Shown one piece after another: positions 21,414 to 31,044 of a stretch of DNA of 64,000 bases. The notes under the pieces are model-generated. The model saw only the letters and a list, made by a program, of their open reading frames with translations, did no database searches and was not told the origin of the DNA. A program made the position numbers and the translations under genes. How positions within the stretch are numbered: the first letter of the stretch is position 1; the number at the start of each line of letters is the position of its first letter. Source of the stretch: a bacterium (GTDB lineage Archaea; Thermoplasmatota; E2; JACPAO01; JAHFTW01); NCBI GenBank assembly GCA_040390065.1, contig JAZJZE010000005.1, positions 373,170 through 437,169 on the forward strand. The letters run 5' to 3'.

Positions 21414-22037
21414 ATGGGAAAACTCGTCGTCGACATGTTCACCACCCTCGATGGCGTCGTCCAGGCGCCCGGCGGCCCGCGCGAAGACACCTCCGGCGGG
21501 TTCCAGCACGGCGGCTGGCAAGGCCCGTTCTTCGACGATGCATCCGGAGCGGTGATGGCGAAAGGCTTTGCAACGTTCGATGCGCTGCTCCTTGGACGCA
21601 AGACATACGACATTTTCGCCGCGTACTGGCCCAAGCAGCCCAAGAACGCGTTCTCCGGGCAACTGAACTCGGTCCCCAAGTACGTCGCGTCCCGCACGCT
21701 CAAGAAGCTGGAGTGGCGGAACTCGCAACTCATCGAAGGCGATGTCGCCCAGGCGGTCCCCAAGCTGACGCAGAAGCACAAGGAGGTCCGCGTGATCGGG
21801 AGCGCCAACCTCGTCCAGACGCTCCTGAAGCACGACCTCGTCGACAGGTTCAACCTCTGGGTGTACCCCATCGTGCTCGGCTCGGGCAAGCGACTGTTCG
21901 GCGACGGCGCCGTCCCCGCCCGGTTGAAGCTCGTCGAGGCGACCTCGTTTGCCGGGGGCGCCGTCCACCTCGTCTACGAAGCGGCAGGGAAACCCACGTA
22001 CGTCGACATGACGACTCAAACCCTGAAGACGGACTGA
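21414..22037 (+). CDS. Dihydrofolate reductase-like (RibD C-terminal) protein
   Basis: FTTLDGVVQAPGG, LLGRKTY, GSANLVQ, YPIVLGSGKRLF. Confidence 0.9.
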   Translation: MGKLVVDMFTTLDGVVQAPGGPREDTSGGFQHGGWQGPFFDDASGAVMAKGFATFDALLLGRKTYDIFAAYWPKQPKNAFSGQLNSVPKYVASRTLKKLEWRNSQLIEGDVAQAVPKLTQKHKEVRVIGSANLVQTLLKHDLVDRFNLWVYPIVLGSGKRLFGDGAVPARLKLVEATSFAGGAVHLVYEAAGKPTYVDMTTQTLKTD

Positions 22038-22273
22038 GCCCGGCGAAGGGGAGCAACGAGCCGTACCACGTTTGTGCGGACAGCCTGGAGGCGTTCGCGT
22101 CTGCAAGCACGCGGTTCGCGACGCTGGGCGATTGGACGCAAGGCGAGCAAGGGCACCGTCGTGGTGGCGGGCCAGTCCCAAGGGCGTCGCACCCGCCCGT
22201 GCCGAAAGACCCCGTCGGCAAAACGCCTCGCGCGGTGAAAGTCTAAAGCGGAACGAATGGGTCGTCGCCCCGC

Positions 22274-22741
22274 GTGACGCGAAGCCTGGAACTCTCGGTC
22301 GAATATCCGCACCCCGTCGAGAAGGTCTGGCGCGCCCTCACCGAGCCGGAGCAATTGGGTCTGTGGCTCATGAACTTCGACAACGACCCGGGAGAGATGA
22401 AGACGGATTTCCGTCCCGTCGTGGGGACCGCCTATCGTCTCGAAGCCAGGAAAGGAAGAGGCTGGCGCGGCTACGTCGCGGGCGACGTCCTCGAGGTCGT
22501 CCCGAAGAAGCGCCTCGTCTACACCTGGGCTCACAGCACGTACCAGGATGCGCACCCCGTGCGCGTCGAGTTCACGCTCGAACCTACCTCGACGGGCACC
22601 CGCATCTGCATGGTGCAAAGCGGCTTCGTGGGCGTGAAGGGCTGGTTCTCGCGCAAGGGTCTCCAGATGGGATGGAAGAAGATGCTCAAGTCTGGCCTAC
22701 CTCCCGTGTTGGACGGAACGGCGCCCCCCATCGCGCCGTGA
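22274..22741 (+). CDS. SRPBCC domain protein
   Basis: YPHPVEKVWRALT, FRPVVG, RLVYTW, MGWKKML. Confidence 0.85.
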   Translation: MTRSLELSVEYPHPVEKVWRALTEPEQLGLWLMNFDNDPGEMKTDFRPVVGTAYRLEARKGRGWRGYVAGDVLEVVPKKRLVYTWAHSTYQDAHPVRVEFTLEPTSTGTRICMVQSGFVGVKGWFSRKGLQMGWKKMLKSGLPPVLDGTAPPIAP

Positions 22742-22768
22742 GTGCCGGCGTCCAACCTAGGGTCCGTC

Positions 22769-23641
22769 CTATTTCGTGCCCGCCACGAGGATGAGCTCGC
22801 AGGGCCCCACGAATCCTTCGTTGGTCTCGAACTGGCGCAGCGCCATGCCAATCTCAGCCCACGCCGCCTCTTGGTCCGCCGCGCTGAGCGTGGCCATCAT
22901 CTGATGCAGGGCGCCAAACGATTCGCGGGCGAAGCGAAGGCAATCGGCAGCGGTCGGCAAGCACAGCGGAGCCTGCAACCACAGGGTCTGGACGTCGCGG
23001 AAGCCCGCCTCCTTCACCGCATTCTCAAGGACACCGCTCGCGCCGAGGCTGAACGGACCGGGCTGGCCGGGAAGTGGAGGCGGCGTCCTCGCGCGCCGAC
23101 GGACGATGCCGATAGGCACCGAGAAGAAACCGTTGTTCTCCGGAGTCGAGTAGACGATGGCTGCGAAGCGACCTCCGGGCTTCAGGACGCGCAAGAAGCC
23201 GCGCAGCGCCCGCGGCAGCTCGGGGAAGAACATCAGGCCCAGACGGCAGATGACGGCATCGAAGCTGGCCTCCGGGTGTTCGAGGTTCTCTGCATCCGCC
23301 GTTTGCGTGGCGACGTTGCGGAACCCGGCGTCCAGCGCGCCATGGGCCGCGAATTCGAGGATACGCGGCGAGATGTCGGTCGCCAGAACCTTGCCGGTGG
23401 GCCCGACGCGACGCGCGGCGGCCAGCGTCTGTTCCCCCGCGCCGGCGGCCACGTCGAGGACGGCACCCCCTGGACGCAGGCCCGCCATGTCGAGCATCTG
23501 CTGCGTTGCCGGACCCAACCAGGTGTGCAGCGTCGGGCCCCACCGGGACCACGGCTCGGCGGCCTTTTCCCATTGCGTCTTGGTCGTGGCCTTGTACGTC
23601 TCGGCGTCGAACGCGGTCGTCGGCGTTTCTTGATGCGTCAT
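22769..23641 (-). CDS. Class I SAM-dependent methyltransferase (UbiE-like)
   Basis: VLDVAAGAGE, ATDISP, FDAVICRLGLMFF, LKPGG. Confidence 0.9.
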   Translation of the reverse strand: MTHQETPTTAFDAETYKATTKTQWEKAAEPWSRWGPTLHTWLGPATQQMLDMAGLRPGGAVLDVAAGAGEQTLAAARRVGPTGKVLATDISPRILEFAAHGALDAGFRNVATQTADAENLEHPEASFDAVICRLGLMFFPELPRALRGFLRVLKPGGRFAAIVYSTPENNGFFSVPIGIVRRRARTPPPLPGQPGPFSLGASGVLENAVKEAGFRDVQTLWLQAPLCLPTAADCLRFARESFGALHQMMATLSAADQEAAWAEIGMALRQFETNEGFVGPCELILVAGTK

Positions 23642-23775
23642 GGGCTGGCCTCTTGCGGATCGACGCATGCCGTGCTCTTGGCGCGCGTCAACCCGATGGC
23701 CATGTGCCGACGTCGTAGATAGGCCTGCTCCCCGGCGTTGGTGGCTTGCCGGAGCGATGCTCGGCCAGATCATGG

Positions 23776-24219
23776 TCAGGCGAGCTCCTGGGCCAGCCCG
23801 ACCAGAACGCCTTCGGGCCCGCGGATGTAACAGAGCCTGTACGCGTCTTCATACTGGACAATCTCACCTACGAGTTGCGCGCCGCGTTTTCGAAGCCGCG
23901 CAACCGTCTTGTCGATGTCGTCGACGGTGAACATGACGCGAAGGTAGCCAAGGGCGTTCACGGGCGCCTTGCGGTGATCGGCGACGACAGGCGGCGCAAG
24001 AAATCGTGAGAGCTCGAGCCGGCCGTGACCATCCGGCGTCGCAAGCATCGCAATCTCGACGCGTTGACCGTGCAGCCCGGTGACGCGCCCCGCCCATTCT
24101 CCTTCGATCGTGGCCCGACCTTCGAGCCTCAGCCCAAGCTCGGTGAAGAAGGGGATGGCATCATCGAGGGACTCGACCACGATGCCAACGTTGTCCATTC
24201 GCTTGACGCCCATTGGCAT
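23776..24219 (-). CDS. VOC/glyoxalase family protein
   Basis: DNVGIVV, LELSRF, GYLRVMFTVDDID, YIRGPEG. Confidence 0.9.
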   Translation of the reverse strand: MPMGVKRMDNVGIVVESLDDAIPFFTELGLRLEGRATIEGEWAGRVTGLHGQRVEIAMLATPDGHGRLELSRFLAPPVVADHRKAPVNALGYLRVMFTVDDIDKTVARLRKRGAQLVGEIVQYEDAYRLCYIRGPEGVLVGLAQELA

Positions 24220-24309
24220 GCCAAGGCTTGGCGTGCCTTAATCGCTGGCCAGGCGAGCGGGAGGAAGAAGGCGAAGAGGGCCTGAATCTTGGGACGCAAG
24301 ACCGGGGGT

Positions 24310-25137
24310 TCACTCGGCGGTGACGAAGTGCAGCGCCATGCGGTGGCCTTCGCGTTCCACGGGCACGAGGATGACCTGGGTCTTGGCGGTCTTGCCGTCC
24401 TTGCGGCGCCACGTGACGGGGATCTGCCGGGCAGCTCCCTGCTCGACAGCGTTCTGGTACGCAGACACCAGCGTCGCCTGGCTCTTCGGGTCCACGAAGG
24501 CGCGGGTGAACGAGTCCTCGATGGCCGTCCACTCGGCCGCCGTTGCGTATCCGAGCAGTTTGGCGAAGCGGTCGTTGCACCACTTGGTGCGGTCATCCAG
24601 GTAGACGTACATCGCTTGCGACGACGTGTCCCCGAGGCCTTGCAGGTCCGACACCAGCAAGTCCAGGCCGGCCGTGTGGACGTCCGCGCCTCGGCCGCCG
24701 GAACCGGCCGCCGCGTCCGGCGTCGTGGCGTAGTGGCTGGCCCCGAACCAGTCCACCACGACCGCGGGCTCGTTGCCGACGACCCAGGCGTCATGCCCCT
24801 TCGGAAGGCAGGTCACGTCACCGGGCCCTGCGACGAACTCGCGCCCGTCATCCGTGCGGATGCCGAGTCGGCCGGAGACGTGGTACTGGAAGTGCGGCGC
24901 CTCGCAGCTGGCCGTCCGGGCGATGGGCTTGACGTCGTTGGACCAGCGCCAGCCCGGCTGGAACACCAGGCGGCCGACTTCGCCTTGGCCCATCTTCAGG
25001 ATTTCGGCGTGGCCCTTCGGGAATTCCCGACGTTCATCGGGCTTCGCAAAGCTTCCCTGTTCGGTCTGCTGCACCCGGGACATCGGCTGCGGGCTGTTCT
25101 TGGCTTGCTTGGTCTGTGTGGTGGTTTGGGTTGCCAT
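24310..25137 (-). CDS. Cupin domain fused to a PAS-like domain
   Basis: PGWRWS, CEAPH, PKGHDAWVVG (cupin); CNDRFAKLLGY...RRKDG (PAS-like). Confidence 0.75.
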   Translation of the reverse strand: MATQTTTQTKQAKNSPQPMSRVQQTEQGSFAKPDERREFPKGHAEILKMGQGEVGRLVFQPGWRWSNDVKPIARTASCEAPHFQYHVSGRLGIRTDDGREFVAGPGDVTCLPKGHDAWVVGNEPAVVVDWFGASHYATTPDAAAGSGGRGADVHTAGLDLLVSDLQGLGDTSSQAMYVYLDDRTKWCNDRFAKLLGYATAAEWTAIEDSFTRAFVDPKSQATLVSAYQNAVEQGAARQIPVTWRRKDGKTAKTQVILVPVEREGHRMALHFVTAE

Positions 25138-25246
25138 GTGGGCTCACCGCATGGCCATTGGGCGGTCGGTCAAGGGCCTGCTGGCGCCGGGTGGCCGATT
25201 TCGCGACACTCCAACCCGCCCGATGTCTGGATTCGCAAGTCGTGCC

Positions 25247-26215
25247 CTAGATCTTGGACAACGCCACCGGTTCCGGCTCGTCGCGGGCGACCTGCGCGGC
25301 CCGCTGGATCTCCTCCGTGAGCCACGCCTCGTTGCTGAAGGATTGCGCTGACAGGAGGGCGTCAGCGTCCGCCACGTCGGGAATCGCCCGCAGGCGGTCA
25401 AGCGTATCCTGCATTTGGCCCGGAGAGCGGAAGACCAGGCCCATGACCAGGTTCGCAACACGCCGGTCGGGCGGCGCCCAGCAGAAGGCCCACTGGGAAT
25501 CGAATTCCTCGTGAAGGCGCTGCGTGACGCCCGCGGGGGCCACGTCCTTGAAGCGGATGCCCACGTTCGCCAGAAGTTGCCCCGGCACGTTGCCCTGGTC
25601 GAGCCGCACGACTGTGTCGATCATGCCCTCGGCCCACATTCGCTCATAGCGGCGGCTGACCGTACGTCCACTGACGCCAAGTTCGGCCGCGACATCGGCC
25701 AGCGGTCGCGTCGCCCGTCCCCGCAAGGCATGGATGATCCGCCAATCGAGTCGCGTGGGCTGCCGCGCCACGGGGTTGGAGGGGTATGCGGCGTATCTCG
25801 AATGTCCGGTCGCACCCAGGACCCGCGTGACCAGTTGTACGCGGCGCTCGAGCGCATCGGGGCTCTTCTCAAACAAGTCGACGCGGATGGCGGGACCCAA
25901 GTAGCGCTCGACGACGCCGACGCCGTCGACGGCGCGCAGGTCCGACATGCTCTGCGCCGTGGCGGGCCGCGGCAAGTGGAAGAGGAAGCCCACGCAGACG
26001 TAGCCGAGCAAACTGAAGTTCGGGTAGATTTCGTAGCCTGCGATGACGCCGTCCTTCTCCATGCGGCGGATGCGCGCCTTGGCCGCCTCGCCGCTAAGGC
26101 CCAGCGCCGCTGCCGCGTAGGACGCCTTCAGGTGGTCGCCATCGCGCGGCCAATCGGCGAAGGGCTGCACGCCCATGAGGCGTAGGATGCGCAGGTCCTT
26201 GGCGTCCAACGGCAA
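25247..26215 (-). CDS. Lrp/AsnC-like regulator with duplicated HTH
   Basis: LDAKDLRILRL...ARIRRMEKDGVI and LDWRIIHALRGRATRPLADVAAELGVSGRTV; start uncertain. Confidence 0.8.
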   Translation of the reverse strand: MPLDAKDLRILRLMGVQPFADWPRDGDHLKASYAAAALGLSGEAAKARIRRMEKDGVIAGYEIYPNFSLLGYVCVGFLFHLPRPATAQSMSDLRAVDGVGVVERYLGPAIRVDLFEKSPDALERRVQLVTRVLGATGHSRYAAYPSNPVARQPTRLDWRIIHALRGRATRPLADVAAELGVSGRTVSRRYERMWAEGMIDTVVRLDQGNVPGQLLANVGIRFKDVAPAGVTQRLHEEFDSQWAFCWAPPDRRVANLVMGLVFRSPGQMQDTLDRLRAIPDVADADALLSAQSFSNEAWLTEEIQRAAQVARDEPEPVALSKI

Positions 26216-26282
26216 CGGCAGGCACCCGCCTCGTCTTGAGGATTCGCCACCCTTAAAGGGCCTCGACCTTGATGGCGGAGCC

Positions 26283-26408
26283 ATGAAGCCGCCGCAGGCC
26301 GCCAAGGCCTTCCGCTACCGTTGCCCCGACTGCGGATCGACGAAGGAGTTCGCCACGAAGCCGGCGTTGCCCCCGACGTGTTGCGGCAACGCGATGCAAA
26401 CGATGTGA
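26283..26408 (+). CDS. Small CPxCG metal-finger microprotein (41 aa)
   Basis: YRCPDCG...PTCCGNAM; GGAG before ATG. Confidence 0.65.
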   Translation: MKPPQAAKAFRYRCPDCGSTKEFATKPALPPTCCGNAMQTM

Positions 26409-26429
26409 ACACGACGCGGTGACATCACA

Positions 26430-26813
26430 ATGTCCCCCGAACGCAAAGCGATGAACGAGGCGTCGACTGCCCGCGTCTTTGCGATTCGCATGGCGGGGCT
26501 GTACCCCGTCTACATCAACAAGGTGGAACGCAAAGGACGCACGAAGGCGGAGCTCGACCAAGTCATCCGCTGGCTGACCGGCTACACCCAGAAGGGCCTC
26601 GAATCGCACGTGGCGAAAGGGACGGACCTGCAGACGTTTCTCGCCAAGGCCCCGAAGATGAATCCCGCGCGCAAGCTCATCACGGGTGTGGTCTGCGGCG
26701 TGCGCGTCGAGAACATCAAGGACCCGACGATGCAATCCATCCGCTACCTCGACAAGCTGGTGGACGAGTTGGCGAAGGGAAAAAAGCTCGAATCCATCCT
26801 GCGCACCCCATGA
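26430..26813 (+). CDS. DUF2200 family protein
   Basis: KVERKGRTKAE, WLTGY, GVVCGVRVE, RYLDKLVDELAKGK. Confidence 0.9.
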   Translation: MSPERKAMNEASTARVFAIRMAGLYPVYINKVERKGRTKAELDQVIRWLTGYTQKGLESHVAKGTDLQTFLAKAPKMNPARKLITGVVCGVRVENIKDPTMQSIRYLDKLVDELAKGKKLESILRTP

Positions 26814-26884
26814 CGTTGCGCCCCTGCCCCCGCAGCTTCCAGCGGCTGCCTACGGAGACGTAGAAGAGCACAGGAGACCTCTGC

Positions 26885-27799
26885 ATGACTGTGCCCGGAC
26901 GGTTGACCGCGAAAGACACGGGGCTCCTCGTCCTCGTCGCCGTGGCCTGGGGTTTGAACTTCGTCCCGATCCGCTGGGCCCTCAACGACCTGCCCCCCTT
27001 CATGCTCGCCGCCGTCCGCTTCTTCCTGGCCGCGGTGCCCCTCATGTTCTTCGTCAAGCGCCCGAACCTGCCATGGCGCTACGTTGTCGGCTACGGTCTC
27101 GCCATCGGTGCGGGGCAATTCGGCTTGCTGTTCTTGGCCATCCGCCTGGGCTTTCCCGCCGGCCTGGCATCCCTCCTGATCCAGGTGCAGGTCTTCTTCA
27201 CCATCTTCCTGTCGGCGGTGTTTGCACGGGACCGGCCGCGCCTGCGGCACCTCGTGGGCGCGTGCATCGCCGCCCTCGGCATCGTCGCGTTGGTCGCCCA
27301 ACGGCTCAAGAGTGGCGGCGGAGGCAGCGGCCTCGGACTCCTCGTCGTCCTGGCGTCCGCCATCTCGTGGGCCGTCGGCAACGTGACATCCAAGGTGGCC
27401 GGCCAGCGCTACGCCTTCGACATGTTCGCACTCGTCGTCTGGTCAAGCCTCGCGGCACCGCTGCCGCTCTTGGCGATGTCGTACGGGTTCGAAGGCGGCT
27501 TCAACGCGTGGCACGCATTGGCATCCGCCAGTCCTCTCACGTGGGGCAGCGTCTTCTTCATCACGTACGCCGGCACCATCTTCGGATACGCCGTCTGGAA
27601 CCGCATGCTGTTGCGGCATTCCGCGGGACAAGTGACGCCCTTTGCGCTGCTCGTCCCCATCGTGGGCTTGGCGAGCGCCGCCGCCTTCCTCGGCGAACCC
27701 CTCGAGCTCGTGCAAGCCCTTGCGGCCGCAGTCGTGCTGGCTGGCCTGGCGGTTGCCGTACTAGGTCGGCGCGGCACGCGCACGCCGGTGCCGACGTAG
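26885..27799 (+). CDS. EamA/DMT family transporter
   Basis: AWGLNF, PPFMLAAVRF, GLASLLIQVQ, PFALLVP; about 10 TM. Confidence 0.92.
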   Translation: MTVPGRLTAKDTGLLVLVAVAWGLNFVPIRWALNDLPPFMLAAVRFFLAAVPLMFFVKRPNLPWRYVVGYGLAIGAGQFGLLFLAIRLGFPAGLASLLIQVQVFFTIFLSAVFARDRPRLRHLVGACIAALGIVALVAQRLKSGGGGSGLGLLVVLASAISWAVGNVTSKVAGQRYAFDMFALVVWSSLAAPLPLLAMSYGFEGGFNAWHALASASPLTWGSVFFITYAGTIFGYAVWNRMLLRHSAGQVTPFALLVPIVGLASAAAFLGEPLELVQALAAAVVLAGLAVAVLGRRGTRTPVPT

Positions 27800-27828
27800 T
27801 GGACCTCACGGCCCGGTCGCAGTGCGGC

Positions 27829-28443
27829 CTAGGTGGGGGGCCGCACGAAGCCGAACATCTTCCCTGCAGCGGACTTGCGCACGAGGTTTGCCAGGCGTTT
27901 GCGGAACTCCAGGGAACCGTGTCGCCGGCCGGCCTCCACGTACGCCACACGCAGCCGCCGATACTCCTCCGAGAACGAGCTGAAATTGCGCCATGCGGCT
28001 TCGTCGGCGCGCAAGGCCTCCTCGACATCTTGCTGCAGCTCCAGCGGCTCCTCAGGATCACTCGGGTCGAACCTGCCTTCGACCGCGGCCAGGCCGGCTG
28101 CCCGCATGCGCCCAGTCTTCACGAGTTTGCGCAAGCGCTGCCGGTTGGCCTCCGACACGCTGCTTCCCGCCCGGCGCGGGCTGAAACGCTGAGCCGTTCG
28201 TGCAGCGTCGACGGCCTTGACGGTACTGTCAATCCAGCCAAAGCAGAGCGCCTCCTCCACGGCGTCATCGTACGCAATCCGCGCACGGCCCGAAGACTTG
28301 CGCCAATACACGAGCCAGATTCCAGTCGCCTTGGCGTGATTCCGGCGCCGCCAGGAGCGCCAGGTGCTGCGATCGGCGCCGACGTCCAGGAGAGGGGATG
28401 GTGCACGCGCCCGGGGGGACGCCGTGGCCCGCTTGTCCGGCAT
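27829..28443 (-). CDS. YdeI/OmpD-associated family protein
   Basis: YDDAVEEALCFGWIDS, RFSPRR, GRMRAAG. Confidence 0.88.
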   Translation of the reverse strand: MPDKRATASPRARAPSPLLDVGADRSTWRSWRRRNHAKATGIWLVYWRKSSGRARIAYDDAVEEALCFGWIDSTVKAVDAARTAQRFSPRRAGSSVSEANRQRLRKLVKTGRMRAAGLAAVEGRFDPSDPEEPLELQQDVEEALRADEAAWRNFSSFSEEYRRLRVAYVEAGRRHGSLEFRKRLANLVRKSAAGKMFGFVRPPT

Positions 28444-28720
28444 CGCTCCGGCATGACCGTATCGCCTGAAAGGCAGTTCGTCTTCGCTCTTGCCAAACGA
28501 GGGTTGACCCCCGGCCCGACGCATGTTCCTACGTTGCCTGGCTCGCGCCACGGCCCGCTGGCAGTCTTGCTCAACGAACTTTGTAGTGGGTCCGGTACCG
28601 GATGGCTACAACACGGCTACAACACGAAGGCCGAGGGGGGCCCTTGGGGCAAGGCTTCAGAAGAAGCGGATTGTCTTAGGGAAAATGCCGTACGCTGAAG
28701 CCAAGGCATCAGAGGCGGCT

Positions 28721-29560
28721 TCAACACGGCTTGGGGACGCCGGCCATCTGAGACATGGCGCGACCTAGCGCCGGCCCCCAGAGAATCAAGTTACTGCCTA
28801 CGCCAGCGCCCCGAACACTTGGGTACTGGAAGCCCGATATGCCTAGCGTCTCAAGAAGGAAGCGAACCACGTGGCTTGGGCGGTAGATTGTTTCGTCCTG
28901 GTTAGCGTCCTGCTCGGCTACGAAGAGGATGGCGTTGAGGTGCGGATGCGTCGCCTCGGCGTTTCGAGGAAGTTCCAGGAAACGTAGTTCAGACAGGTCC
29001 AGCTCGAACGCCTGCATGTAGACCACGTCGGTGGCAGACGCGCGCATCTCGGCTCGAGCGACGGCCACCGTTTCCGCAAGGTAGAGGCATGGCTCCTTTC
29101 GTCCGTTGTATCGGCCTTCGCCGGTCGGCTTCGGGTTGGGCCCGTAGTGCGAGGGGTCTTCCGCTAAAGGCGGAAGCAAGCCGGCTCGAGCGCGAACATA
29201 CCTCCCAGTCCACGTTTGCGTCACCAGGGATTTCGCTTCGTCCAGAATCTGCTTCCCAACGGGCTCTGCCACCAGGGCACCAACCTGCGGGGGCCACACA
29301 TCAGCGCAGGCTGTGTCCAGGAAACCTCGAACGGCGTAATAGGCCGGCGGCGTCTTGGTGTTGATGACGGTCGCCAGTCGCTGCGTCCCGGCATGGGTCG
29401 CCACGCCAACAACGCTGTCCACCATGGTTTCGATTCCCATGCTGAACGTAACGGCGAGATCGCTCTTCATGCAATCCATGCATGCATGCGGGCCCTTCGG
29501 AACGTAGTTCGTTGAATCACCGACCACCCTTCCGCAGTGACGGCAAGTAACGGCAGACAT
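28721..29560 (-). CDS. RES-domain (NAD+-targeting toxin family) protein with N-terminal Zn finger
   Basis: CRHC...CMDC; GRYNG, CLYLAE, AEMR, Y.PS, GFQYPSVR, NLILW. Confidence 0.82.
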   Translation of the reverse strand: MSAVTCRHCGRVVGDSTNYVPKGPHACMDCMKSDLAVTFSMGIETMVDSVVGVATHAGTQRLATVINTKTPPAYYAVRGFLDTACADVWPPQVGALVAEPVGKQILDEAKSLVTQTWTGRYVRARAGLLPPLAEDPSHYGPNPKPTGEGRYNGRKEPCLYLAETVAVARAEMRASATDVVYMQAFELDLSELRFLELPRNAEATHPHLNAILFVAEQDANQDETIYRPSHVVRFLLETLGISGFQYPSVRGAGVGSNLILWGPALGRAMSQMAGVPKPC

Positions 29561-29563
29561 CTG

Positions 29564-30133
29564 CTAGAATCCCGCCCGCAACAACTCGCCCGGCAAATCA
29601 ACCACATTGCGGACCTCGAAGCCCCACTTGTCCTGAATCTCTTTGGCGTAGTGCACGAAATGGCCGTCCTTGCTGTAGACGTAGACCTCGCGGCCATTCC
29701 CCACGAGCTTGCCGGCTTGGATCATGATGATGCGATCTCCCGGGTCTGGCATGCTAGATTTGGGCTTGCCCCCGGCATCGGGGAGCTTCTTTCCGACTAA
29801 TCGGAAGTAGTCCTCCGCGTCCTGTTCGTCAGCAGGCGTAACCACGGGATCCTCCTCCTTGGCAAGCTTCAGCGCCACTTCGAGGTCGGCTTGGACCTTG
29901 CGCACCAATCGGTTGAGTTTGTCGTAGCCATGGCCAGCGAGTCGTGTCGGCGCCTCCCGCTGAACGACGGCGCGGCTCTCGGCACGAATAATGGGAAAGG
30001 CAACGAGAACGCCATCCTTGTTGTCGACCATCTGGGCCAGGCGCGAGATATCAATGGCCTCAAAACTGCCATCGCCCCGCGAACCCCGCTCCTTGAACGC
30101 ATGGGCCACGAATGCGCTGCTTTCGGGAATCAC
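29564..30133 (-). CDS. Divergent PIN-like nuclease
   Basis: IPESSAFV (first acidic site), AES, PDPGDRII, SKDGHF. Confidence 0.6.
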   Translation of the reverse strand: MIPESSAFVAHAFKERGSRGDGSFEAIDISRLAQMVDNKDGVLVAFPIIRAESRAVVQREAPTRLAGHGYDKLNRLVRKVQADLEVALKLAKEEDPVVTPADEQDAEDYFRLVGKKLPDAGGKPKSSMPDPGDRIIMIQAGKLVGNGREVYVYSKDGHFVHYAKEIQDKWGFEVRNVVDLPGELLRAGF

Positions 30134-31044
30134 TACGAGAGTTCCGGGGGTTGGGATGCAGCCACCCCCTGGATGATTGCGTCCAAATCGTCGTCCGTCG
30201 GAACGGAGGCGTACCCGTAGACAGTTGCGAGTTCCTCGAGGGCCGAGAGCCGGAGGTCCAATTCTCGTTCGAGCTCTTTGGCTCCCGTCTTGGAGTCACC
30301 GAGAGCATCCTTTGCTCCGACCACGGTAGCGACTTGTTCGCAATTCCAGACGAGGAAGTGTTTGCCGGCGTCCGCGTTGCCATCCTCGTGAACGGCCTGG
30401 CGAACGCCTAGGAGGCACTGGTTGCCGAAGTCGAGGGCCGCGGCAGCAGAGAGGCTCACCTTCTCGCGCATGTTCCACTTACTGGCGGCCGTGAGCTTGA
30501 CTTCGAAATCTTTGCGGAGCGTTTCGTAGTGATCTCGAAACTCGCTTGGATCGTCCAGGGCCAAGATTTCGTGGCTGTACTTCGCTAGCTGACTGCCTGA
30601 GCGATTGAAGCGGTGGTTGATTGGCGCGGTCGCGAGAATTGCGCTGAATTCCTTAGCCTTGGGATGCCGTTCCAAGGTCGGCAATACCACGCGATGCAGG
30701 TAGTCGGATCCCTTGGGAGTAGGCGCAAACAGGACTTGGTCCGAGAGGCCATTCGGCATCTTCACTTTCTCAATCCGGAGAATTCCTGCGCCCTCTCCTT
30801 TGCGGGCCCGGCGCTCGACCTCCATAGTGGCCGGCCCCATCTGGAGAAGCGTGAATTTGTACGGAATCGGGAACCCTTCCATCTGAAGAAGGGCAAGAAC
30901 CTTCGTCGTTTTGACGATGCCTTCGGCCGTGTTTGTGGGATTGAGAGAGGCGGCGAGGAGTGTTTCCCACCCTGGCTCAAGCTTGGAAAGGTCCCCCGGC
31001 TCTGGGCGGCCAGCGTCAACCATTGAGTTGGCCATGGAGTCCAT
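30133..31044 (-). CDS. wHTH protein (YwgA/SocA-Panacea-like N-terminus), putative antitoxin
   Basis: GIVKTTKVLALLQMEG...YKF...GP...TPKG pattern; stop overlaps the PIN start (TAGTG). Confidence 0.5.
   Translation of the reverse strand: MDSMANSMVDAGRPEPGDLSKLEPGWETLLAASLNPTNTAEGIVKTTKVLALLQMEGFPIPYKFTLLQMGPATMEVERRARKGEGAGILRIEKVKMPNGLSDQVLFAPTPKGSDYLHRVVLPTLERHPKAKEFSAILATAPINHRFNRSGSQLAKYSHEILALDDPSEFRDHYETLRKDFEVKLTAASKWNMREKVSLSAAAALDFGNQCLLGVRQAVHEDGNADAGKHFLVWNCEQVATVVGAKDALGDSKTGAKELERELDLRLSALEELATVYGYASVPTDDDLDAIIQGVAASQPPELS

Noticed and set aside
28581-28603. Reverse-strand ...CCGGACCCACTA as a tRNA 3'-end att site
   Set aside because: No T-loop and no matching tRNA or direct repeat at the other island end
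28604-28625. GGCTACAACAC tandem repeat as a CRISPR array
   Set aside because: Two adjacent 11-bp copies, no spacers, no cas genes in the window
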